DNA of 64,000 bases from Rebecca billardiae RCC1528. Lineage: Eukaryota > Protista > Haptophyta. A program made the position numbers and the translations under genes. The notes under the pieces were generated by a model. That model was not told the DNA's origin and made no database searches. It worked only from the letters and a program-made list of their open reading frames with translations. Position 1 is the first letter of the stretch, and the number at the start of each line of letters is the position of its first letter. Below, piece by piece: positions 11,927 through 21,842 of the stretch. The DNA is taken from assembly GCA_965240325.2 (NCBI GenBank), contig OZ251222.1:5026636-5090635 (forward strand). The letters are read 5' to 3'.

Positions 11927-12179
11927 AGTCTGTCCGCGGTCTCGGCGCCCGGGTCCGGACCTTGAAGTCACTCAGCTGCGTCCGATGCCGCCATCCACAG
12001 AGGTATACAAAGTCCGTCTCCACGATCGTCAGAGTCACGCCGCCTCCTGACTAAGGCCGCCGGGCGCGCGCGCGTCGCGCCCCGGCCGTGAGGTGATCGT
12101 GAAGAACTGCGCGCGCGTACGGCGCGCGCGCGTGCCGCGAGGGCTGAATTGGAATGGAACCCTGCCGTGCCAGGATATG

Positions 12180-12516
12180 CCCATCGCCCTCTGTCCTCGG
12201 GCGTCGCCCGTCCCAATGAATACTGGTACGCAGTGGACACCTCCACCTGCAGGCGTACAAGCGAACGGCGGCGGGCGACGAGGGGCACTGTGATGTGCGT
12301 GCTGCATCCAGGCAGCGCGCCGGACGCGTACCTGAGCTTCCTGAGAAGCTGGGCCTTGCATCGGGCTGTGCTGTTCTCGGCGGACGCGCGTCGTGTGAGC
12401 TTCACCATAGCCAGCCCACCCTGGGTGTCGACGACCTTGTAAACATCGCCATGCGTGCTCGTCATCGTACCGCATAACGGTTCAGCCTCTCCGTAAGCCG
12501 CAGATGGGACATCCAT
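12180..12516 (-). pseudogene. Protein kinase N-lobe fragment, inverted paralog of 5281-5710
   Basis: HGDVYKVVDTQGGLAMVKLTRR aligns with YGDVCMVVNAQGGRPAVKLTRR, and VEVSTAYQYSLGRATPED aligns with VEASTAYPY*LGQAMRED. Nucleotide similarity is visible between 5642-5705 and the reverse complement of ~12185-12247. Confidence 0.6.
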
Positions 12517-13529
12517 CTGCTCGACTCCTCGCTGGGGAGCCTCGGGTCGCGCGCCGAATTCACCGACTTGCGCGACCTCAGCAGCCGGCCGAGCGGCGCC
12601 CAGCCGCGCATGCTTGCCCCCTCAGCACGGCGCGGCGCGGCGTGCACTCGGGCCAACGGGTGCCGCACGACATTTAGATAAAGAGCTTCTGCTCCTGCAC
12701 TCGCAGGTTCCATAGCACGAGCGCGCCCAAGGCGAAGAGGAAGGCGTCGACGGGTGCGGGCAGCGCGTGTTCGTCGTGCTCCCCCGAGGAGCGCGCCGAG
12801 GGCAACGCCACGTGCGCGGCGCCGGCGACGCCGGGCAGCGTGCTCATGGTGTCGTTGAGGAATTCCGAGATTCCTCTCCCAGACGCGGCGGCGGCGGTGA
12901 GGCCGCGCCGCCCTGCTTGGAAGGAGCTCCGACTCCCAAGAGGGCCTTCGGCTGCAAAGCTGATTCTCTTCCGATCTCCTAGCCGATCTTCGTTTAGTCT
13001 ATTGGTCCGACGAAGCACAGAAAATGTTTTTTTGGGGGCCTCGGCGTGCCGATCTCGCACGTTAGTTTGGCAAGCGGTACAGAAACGCTGCGCTCCCCCC
13101 TGCACCACCACCACCACCAGGCCACCACCACTGCTGGGCGTGCCAGGCGGGGCCCTGTCACCTGTGCCCCCGGACACACTGCTCGCCGTATGAGAAGCTC
13201 CTTATAGGCCACTGGCACGCATCGTGTATTTCATTAGAATAAAGCGCAGTCGCCACACGATGATAAGACTTATATATATATAATTATATGTATATATATA
13301 ATTATTTATTATATATTAAGAAGCCGATCATCGTCAGTAGAGGCTCTCTGCTGCTAACTCATCTGCGCCTCCGCCTCTGACGCCGCTGGCGCCTAGCAGC
13401 AGCAATCGCGCTAAGCAGACAATCATATCGGGTCATCGAGCGGCGAGTGACTGGAGCACCAAGCCTGTATTAGTGTATAGGGCCTGACCAACGCCTGCAA
13501 CGGGTGCGCCTGCATCCTGATGCAACATA

Positions 13530-14340
13530 TTGAGACTAGCAGTTTGCTGGTTCGCTATACGCACAGTCCCACGGAGAAATCGAGACTATATAAAAGCTAC
13601 AGTGACATCCAATAATCGCTTACCGGCGGCCGGAGGCGGGCCCAGCCGCTCCGAGGGCGGCGCGCGCGCGGTGCAGCACGTCGCCTAGCGTGGACTCCAA
13701 GTCACGTCATCAGCGCCGGCGCTTCTCAGACCGCACTGGCAGTGCGCCGGCATCATGCGCAGCATAAGGATGCTAGCAGATGTGCTTTAGTAGAATTGTG
13801 CTGCCAAAAAATTCTTCGGCCTCGCCGGCCTGGCCTAAAGACTGATGACAGCGTCTGAACGTCCGACACTCGACAGCGGGGGGCACTGCCCCCCCGCGCC
13901 CCCCACGCCTCGGCGCGGCGAGCGGACCTAAATAACTGAGATCGACTCGTCCGTCCGTAGTAGGCGCGCTCTGGCTACCGATGCACCACCGCGATCTGAA
14001 ACGGAGTCTACTAGCTAGTCTAAGTCTGTCTCTGAGCAGTCGGAGGATGGGACTTACGACTCTGACCGACGACTAGTCGTCAATTCTGCATGATGACGAG
14101 TAAAATTGCGCCCGCGCGTCGTGATGGGCTGTGTCTTATCTGCAACTCAGAATATATGCATCATATGAACATCATCACTATACGCTGATAGATTGCGCCC
14201 GCCTACGATGATTATATATATATATATATCGATATATATTAATGTAGCCTGATTGTAGCTTATTATGTATTAAAATAATTGGGCCCGCCACCTGCCCTTA
14301 TGAAGTAGGCCCATCAAAACAACCTTCGCCTCGGGCCGGC
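13530..14340 (+). repeat. Dispersed repeat element, copy B (degenerate homolog of 3790-4855)
   Basis: Shares GAGACTAGC..GCTGGTTCGCTATACGCA, CGCCTAGC.TGGACTCC..CACGTCATCAGCGC, TTCTTCGGCCTCGCCGGCC.GGCCTAAAGACT, the GGGGGC.CTGCCCCCC hairpin and AGTAGGCCCA..AACCTTCGCCT.GGGCC with copy A. Confidence 0.7.
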
Positions 14341-14384
14341 TGGCCCCCCCCGGGGGGGGGGGGGGGGGAGCGGGAGCAGCCGTG

Positions 14385-15230
14385 TGGGCAGCTGTGACGG
14401 CGGCGGCGTTGCCGCGTGCGCGCTACTCGGCGCGGCGAGTCAGCACGCAGCGGAGTGGCGAGCAGGCGGGGAGGTGCGCGGAGGTGGAGGGCCAGGAGTC
14501 GTTTGCGAGCAGCGTGCGCGGCAGCATCAGCTAAGGACCGCGTACTCGACCCCCCCCCCCCTCCCCCGCCCGGCCCATCGTGTCGCCGATCGGCGGCGGG
14601 CGGCGGCTGTGTGGACGGGTGACGGCGGCGGCGCGGCGGCGTGCGCGCTCGGCGGCGAGTGCGCAGCGGAGTGACGAGCGGGCGGGGGGAGGTGAGTGGC
14701 GGTGGATGGCGAGCAATCGCTTGCGAGCAGCGCGAGCGGTGACATCGGCTGGGGACCGAGCAACACCCCCCTGCCCATTGTGTCGCCGGTGAGGAGCAGG
14801 TCAGGGCGGCGGCGGCAGCGGCGGCTGTGTGGGCGGCGGCGACGGCGGCGGCGGTGGCAGCGTGCGCGCTCGGCAACGCGTGCGCAGCGGAGTGGCGAGC
14901 GGGCGGGGGGAGGTGCGCGGCGGTGGAGGGCCAGGAGTCGTTTGGGAGCAGCGCGGGCGGCAACATCGGCTGCGAACCGAGCACCCACCCCCTGCGGCCC
15001 ATCGTGTCGCCAGTGACGAGCAGGTCGGCGGCGACGGCGGCGGCGGCGGCGGCGTGCGAGCTCGGCCGCGAGTGCACAGCGGAGTGGCGAGCGGGCCAGG
15101 GAAGGTGCGCGGCGGTGGAGGACCAGGAGTCATTCGCGAGCAGCGTGAGCGGCAACATCGGCAGGGGACCAAGCACCACCACCCCCTCCGATCGTGTCGC
15201 CGGTGAGCGGTCGGCGGCGGCGCCGCACAG
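14385..15230. repeat. Degenerate tandem repeat, about 4 copies of ~190-220 bp
   Basis: The core CAGCGGAGTG.CGAGC.GGC...GAGGTG...GGTGGA.G.CCAGGAGTC.TT.GCGAGCAGCG recurs at ~14447, 14664, 14885 and 15077. Confidence 0.75.
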
Positions 15231-15714
15231 CATGCGCACCACACGAGTGAGGAAAGGCAACGCAGAGGAAGAGAGCAGCGGCGCAGCGCGCGCATACCAC
15301 TCAGTGCGGGCTCAGCCCGCTCACACGAGAGCCCCTCCCCCACCCCCCACCCCCCACCCATGCTCTGGCCGGCAGAGGTGGTTGTGGCCGACAGCGGCGA
15401 CGGCGGCGTCTTGCCTCCCGACGTCCGACTCGTCAGTTGCATGCACGACGGCAGTCATCGAAGAGCATGACTGGCGCGGACGAGACAGCGGCAGAAGCTG
15501 ACTTCGCCAGAGACATGCAGCCTGCTGACCGTCGCGCTCCGAGCTCGAGAGCAAGCAGAAGCGGCGGCGCGAGGCGCGAGGCTGTGACTCCCGCGCTCCT
15601 GCCCATGTTGGGCTTGTCTCGGGCGGTGTCGTCGCTGTGGGCCGAGGCTCTTTGTTTGAGTGATGACCGGGGCGCGGGCGGCCGCGAGTACGAACCCCCA
15701 TTAGAGAGTTCGCC

Positions 15715-15826
15715 CGGGCATGCCCGGACGTGCTCTAATTACACTTACGGGGCATGCCGGGCATGCTCTATTTATCACACCCGGGCATGCCCCGTAAGTG
15801 CAATTAGAGCATGCCGGGCATGCCCG
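15715..15826. repeat. 112-bp palindrome / hairpin built of GGGCATGCCC motifs (MITE-like)
   Basis: The left arm CGGGCATGCCCGGACGTGCTCTAATTACACTTACGGGGCATGCCGGG pairs with the right arm CCCGGGCATGCCCCGTAAGTGCAATTAGAGCATGCCGGGCATGCCCG, with a few mismatches. Confidence 0.8.
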
Positions 15827-16719
15827 CCATTTGATTAGGTACAATTCACCCGTCGCCCCCCGCCCCCCCCCCTGGGGGTCCGGGAGGCCGCGACCAGTGT
15901 CGACGCTGTGTCCGGGCGACGTCGCCAACTCGCCAAGCGGCGGCTGGAGGAGCGACGGGCGCGTGAGCGTGGCGGCTCGCGGGTATCACCGGCCTTGTGG
16001 CACGTAGTCGCGCGTGTGCGCGCCGTCGCATTGCGTGTACAACACCAGACGCTGACTCCCATGCCATTGCCACGCACTGAAGACTGCCTCGGCACCTCGT
16101 GTCTGCGTTCAAATGCTCACGAAGCTGGCTCGCGGCGCTTGTGGCAGTGCCTAGCGTGCAAGAAGCTGCTACGAGTGGCGCCATAGCACTCAAGACCCGG
16201 CCGTCACGCATGGGGCTAGTCGGGTAGGCTAATATGTGCTATGGGCGACCAGAAAAGCAGCTCGATCAGTGATCCGTGACTCTGGAAATGTCGCGCGGCA
16301 CACACCGTTTGAAACGCGAGAGCGCGGCGCGTGCCTAACGTGACCTCTTTCAGGCGGCGTGCGGGGCCGGAAGTCCAGCGCGCGTGTACGTATACATTGT
16401 GGATACATACACCCACCTTCCCGAGCCATCTAATCGCGCCCAGGCTCCCCACATGTCGAATCGGCTGGCAGGAAGTGACCGCTCGGCACAAGCTCAAGCC
16501 CGCAAGTGGTTGCGCGCGCCAACCGCAAGGGCGACGAGCGAGGAGAGACATCAGCGGGCTGCTTTATCGACGTTCCCCTGCGTCTTGGGGCCCGCCCCGC
16601 CCAGCGTGCCGCCACGGAACGCCCCGCAATCGACCGCTAGGACGCTCGGCGAGCACGCACCCACCGCCGCCACGGCAGCCGTCCCCCCGAGCCAGGGGTG
16701 TAGGGGACAAGCCTGTGGC

Positions 16720-18069
16720 GGTCCTCGCCCGGCGGCTTGCAAACCAAGCCCCCCAAAACCCCTCGCGCGGCGAAAGGCACCGTCCCTTAGGAGTCGATGC
16801 CTTCCGGGAGCTCTTTGAATACAGGTGGATACGGGTGGCCGACCCAACTCACGCGGAGGCCTCTCTCGGAGCATTGGGGTCGAAGGGGCGCCAGGGACGC
16901 GGACTTCAGGGGGTCCCTGGAGTTCCGCCGCAGCGCGCTTTCTGCGCTGCGGGCCCGTCTCCGCGCGTGGCGGCCGCAATGGCACTGTCCAACTAGCCCC
17001 TGGCACTGGCTGAGGCATGGGAATCGAGCTCAGAGACGCGCGCGCGGAGGAAAAGCGTGTGCATCGGCTCGGACGGTTGCTCTGGGACCTACCCACGCCA
17101 GCGCAACCGCGCCTTGCCTCGGAGTCCGCCCTTCCTGAGTCCGCGCACGCGCCTTGCGGCTTGAAACGCTGGCGTTCGGCCTTGTGCGCGGGACTCATGA
17201 AACAAGGCGAAGGCGGCGAGAAGCGCGACCTGGCGCGTGCGCAGACGACGTTCCACGACCAGGTGAGTTCAGCAAACATCGTGCGCCGTCGTGGCGACCC
17301 GCCAGTGGGCGCTCGTGCTCGTTCGCCCACGAGCCCTCGCCACGAGGCCCGCCGCCCGCTGAGTGTCCAGTTAGCCCCGGTGTCCAGTTGACCCGTATCC
17401 ACCTGTACGCGTTTGCGCGTGCGCGGGCACTCCCGGACAGCCGCCGCCAAGAAGGCCAGCTGCGCGCGCCCTCCTCGGTCGTCCGCCGCGGCGCGTGCGC
17501 GTCGAGGCGCATGACGGGCTTTGCCGTGCACGTCGTGCCTGTGCTCGCGGCTCATGCACGTCTCACGACCGAGATGCATGTCTTGCGCGCCCTCCTTTGG
17601 CTCGCACTGCGGTCTCCTCGTCGACAGCCTTGTGATCACGCGCGCCGCCATTTCAACCGGTTGCTGGCCTGCCAGCTGTCGAGCGTGCGTGTGCGGTCTG
17701 ATCGATGTCGGCATGGCTGCCGGCGAAGCAGTGATGTTGAGTACACCCATACCCATCTCGCAGAAGCGAAAAAGCTGACCTTTGAATGCCCCAGGGGCGC
17801 ACGCGTGCCCATCACGCTCGTCGGACAGGCCTTCTCCAGAACTGCGCTTGCCATCCGGCAGGTCTCTGCGCGCGGAGAGGGCGGCGAGGGCGTCGACGAG
17901 GCGGCACGATTGCTGCCTACGGGTCTTCTGGCTCCCACAAAGTGCCCGCGCACGGCTGTCACGCCCGCATGCGGCCTTGGGAGCGCTGCGCAGGCGGGCC
18001 CTCGCGTCGCCCAGTGCTCGCCATCCCGTTTTGGGGGGCTTGGTTTGCAAGCCGGGGCGGGCGAGGACC
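16720..18069. mobile_element. Putative non-autonomous TIR element (~1.35 kb)
   Basis: ~40-bp inverted repeats at 16720-16759 (GGTCCTCGCCCGGCGGCTTGCAAACCAAGCCCCCCAAAAC) and 18028-18069 (GTTTTGGGGGGCTTGGTTTGCAAGCCGGGGCGGGCGAGGACC). No TSD or transposase was recognised, so the true ends may lie further out. Confidence 0.55.
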
Positions 18070-18558
18070 CCCCCGGAAGGGGTCCTCGCCTCCCGCAGTG
18101 GCGAGGGGGTCCTCCGCCTGGCACGATTTCGTCGCTCGAGTGCACTCCGACTCTACGGGGCATCCGAAGGTCCTGTGATTCCTGCACCTGCAATAATTAA
18201 TGATATTGCCAAGCGGATCCAGATCGATCACGGGAAATCTCAGATCTCCCTGGTGGAGGGGCATCCAACCACAAAGCTTTCTCTCCGAAAGGGAGATAGC
18301 TATCTCCATTGGCGCAATCTCTCATTGATGAGCATCATGGAGGGAGATATAGTACGTATAGCAATCAACGAAATGCTCTGTTGTGATTGGTGGAGGCTTC
18401 AGCGGTGAACCGGCGGAAATTCGGCCGACCGAACTTTCACCTTGAATTGACGACGCTGCCGTTGTGTGACACTGGACCCAGGTGACGACGAGACGACGAC
18501 GACGAAAGGCGGAGGCTCCTAACGCCCCTTATTGGCTTCGCTGCGTGCCCCGGCGCCG

Positions 18559-21500
18559 ATGCCCACCTCGAGGCGAACGCGAGCGACGCTCGCGGCGTGC
18601 GTGTGCGCGGCGGGCCGCGCGTCGGCCGAGCTGGTCGTGATCGCGGGCGCGCTCGCCGGCCTCTCCGTCCCCGCGCCGCGCTACGCGCTCTCGCCCGCGC
18701 TGCCGGCGCCGGAGGGCCCGCTGCTCGCGAGCGCGGCCGCCGACTGGGATGCGTCATCGTGCCCGCCGGTGTACGTGGGCGCGCGCGCGCTGGAGGGCGC
18801 GCTCGTGGTGCTCGTGGACAAGGCGCCGCGCTGCTCCGTCGAGGCGTACGTCAAGGCCTGCCGCGCCGAGCGCTGCGCCGCGCTGCTGCTCTACTCGAGC
18901 GAGGCGGAGCGTCGCGCGCACGTCGTGCCCGGCAAGGACGCGCGCGCCTTCGACGCGGCGGACGAGCGCGCGCCGATCAGCACGCCGATCGCGGCGTCGA
19001 TCACGTCGGCCGCCGCCGCGCCGCTCGTGCGCGCGCTCCTCGCCGGCGAGCGCGCGCGCGGCGTGCTGCACGACGACGGGCTGAGCGCGTGGGCCGACCT
19101 CTTCGACGGCGCGCGCTGGGGCGGCGTGCGCGCGCTGGTGCTGCTGCAGACCGCCGAGCTGGCGGAGCTCGCGGCGTGCCGGCTGTACGCGTACACGCGC
19201 CCCGCCGCGGGCGCGCCCGACGTGCCGCCCCTCGCGCCGCTCGTGCTGCTGCTCGAGCTGACGCGCGCGGCCGCCACGCTCACCAGCTGGGGCGCGGACC
19301 CGCACGGCGGCCACGGCGCGCTCAGCACGGAGGCGCGCGCCGCGCTCGGCGCGGTGGCCGACACGCTCGGGCCGCTCGCCGCGGCGCTCTTCCTCGGTGC
19401 GCGCGCGCGCGCGACGCCCCGTCCCGCGCGGCGCCGAGCCGACGCGCCCGCGCCCGCTGACGCGCCCGCCCCTGCCACCGCACACCGCCACGCACACCGC
19501 CACGCACACCGCCAGTGCTCTTTGCGCGCGAGGCGCAGCGCGCGCGCGGCGCCCCGCTCGCGCTCGCGCGCGCGCCGTGCGCCACGGCGCTCGTGCTGTG
19601 CGTGTGCGCCGCGTGCGCGCTGCGCGTCGCCGCGTGCGCGCAGCTGCACTGGGCGGCGGCCGCGCCCGCGCCCGCCGCGGCCGCGCTGCCGGCCGCGTGC
19701 GCCGCGCTGCTGTGGTGCGCGCTGCTCGGCCTCGGCGGCCGCGCGTACGCGCGCGCGCGCGCCGAGGCGTCGCGCGGGCCACCGCGCCCGCGCGCGCTGC
19801 GCGCGCTGCTCGCGCGGATGCGCGCCTCGCTCGCGTGGGGGTGCGTCGGGCTGTGCGCGCAGCTCGCGCTCGCGGCCGGCGGCGCGTGCGCGCCCGGCGC
19901 GCTGCCCGCGCTCGCGCTGCTCGCGGGCACGGGCGGCGCGCGCGCCGGGTACGCGCGCGCGGACGCGCTCTGCCCGCCGCACGCGCGCGCGCCGCGCGGC
20001 CCGCTGCGCTGGGCGCGCGAGTCCACCTGGGCCTGCCTGCGCGCGCTGTGCGCGCGCGCGGCCGAGTGGGCTGCCGAGGGCGACGACGACGACGACGAGG
20101 AGGAGGGCGGCGGCAGCGGCAGCGGCGGCGGCAGCGGCAGGGCCTCGGCGCGCAAGCCGCTCGCAAGGCGCGACGGCGCGCTGCCGCGCGCGCAGCCCGC
20201 GGCCGCGCCGCGCGCGCCGCGCGCGCCGCGCGCCGGCCGCGCGCGCCGCGCGCCGCGCGCCGCCGCGCCGCCGGGCGGCGGCGGCGGCGGACGCGCGGCC
20301 GCCGCCGCCGCGCCGGGTGACGCGCGCGCGGACGGGCGCGCGCGCGCGCTCGAGGCGGTGCGCTGGTCGCTGGGCGCGCACGAGCTGCCCGCGCACACGC
20401 TGCTCGGCGTCTCGGCCGCGTTCATCGCGGAGTGGGCGGTGGCGCACGACGCGACGGCGGGCACCACGCTCGGCGACGTGGTGCGCGGCCTCGGCCTCAA
20501 GGAGAAGCAGCGCGTCGCGCGCCAGCGCGCGCTCGGCCGCGGCGCGCGCGAGCTGCGCGCGGGCGGCGGGCGGCACTGCGTGGACGCGGAGCTGTGCGCG
20601 CAGCTCTCGCTGGCGGAGGTGTACTGCGGCGCGCGCACGCTGGACGGCGGCGCGGCGGTGGGCCCGGCGACGCACGTGCTGCTCTGCGCGCACGAGGCCG
20701 CGCTGCTCGACGTCGCGTACGCCGCGAGCGCGCTCGGCGGCGCCGCGCGCGTGTGGCTGGCCGCCTTCTGCGCGCGCCAGCCGCCGAGCGGCGAGACGGC
20801 GAGCGAGCTGGACGCGCACCGCACGCTGCTGGTCGCGCGGCGCGTGGGCCGCGCGGCGCTGCTGCTCGACGAGTGGGACGGCGCGGGCCACGCCGCGCCG
20901 CCGCGCCCGCTGCGCCGGCTGTGGGTGTGCGCCGAGCTCGCGCAGTGCGCGCGCGCGGGCGCGCGGCTCGAGCTGCTGCCCACGCGCGCCGCGCGCCCGC
21001 ACCTCGACGCGCAGCTGGCGGCGGGCGGCGACGCGGCGCTGCAGGCGGCGCGCGCGCGGCTGTGCGCCGTGGACGCGCTGGCCGCGGCGTGCGAGACGGC
21101 GGAGGACGCGCGGCTCGCGTGGCGCGTCGCGCGCCGCGCGCTCGACGAGCCGCCGCACGCCGGCGTTGACGCACGCACCGACGCCGCGCCGCCCGCGGCG
21201 GCCGACGCGCGCGCCGAGCCCGCGCCGGCGCGGGCGCCGGCGCCGGCGCAGAACGCCGCGCCCGGCGCGGCGGCCTCGGTGGCGGCCTCGGTGGCGCTGC
21301 TCGGCCCGCCCGGGTACACGCCGCAGCCGCGCGAGCCGCCCGAGCCGCAGCCCGAGCCCGAGCCGGCCGAGCTCGCGCCGCGCCTCGACGCGTGCGTGCG
21401 CGCCGCGCTGTGCGGCGCGCTCGAGCGGTACCGCGCGGCGCTGCTCGACGGCAGCGGCCCGCCCGACGAGGTGGACGAGGCGGACAGCGGCTCGTCCGAC

Positions 21501-21617
21501 GCGGCGGCGCTGGCGAGCGGCCAGCACCGCCCGCTCGCGCTCGACGACTCCGACCGCTTCGGCGCGCTGCTGCGCCGGCTCGCCGCGCGGCGCCGCTCGC
21601 CGATCGACAGCGTGTGA
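18559..21617 (+). CDS. Membrane protein: PA-like domain, ~7 TM helices and a cytoplasmic HET/TIR-like domain; join(18559..19396,19516..21617)
   Basis: A GT-AG intron at 19397-19515 joins the two long ORF frames in phase (AALFL-V-LFAREAQR). The PA-like segment is LEGALVVLVDKAPRCSVEAYVKACRAERCAALLLYS, followed by seven hydrophobic segments. The C-terminal pattern is GVSAAFI...VGPATHVLLCAH...VWLAAFCARQ...LLLDEWD...PLRRLWVCAE. Confidence 0.7.
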
Positions 21618-21661
21618 GCCGATCGATCGATCAGCTGCATCATGAGCGTGATGAATTGATC

Positions 21662-21687
<26 letters not shown>
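21662..21687. repeat. (TA)n microsatellite
   Basis: Direct reading. Similar TA/TC tracts occur at ~13270-13320, ~14212-14240 and ~27269-27345. Confidence 0.9.
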
Positions 21688-21692
<5 letters not shown>

Positions 21693-21842
21693 ATACTACA
21701 CCTACAATGAATCATTGCATGCACATTAAAAGACTTGACTCAAATACTACTCGACACAAGTACATGAGCAACCGTTGCACGACGGCGTGAGTACTGAGTT
21801 GAGTACTTGTGCGCCGGGCGCGCGCGGGGCGTTCGCTGTGCG

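Noticed and set aside
18292-18307. 16-bp perfect palindrome GGAGATAGCTATCTCC in a low-GC patch
   Set aside because: Single occurrence with no supporting context, so no function can be assigned.
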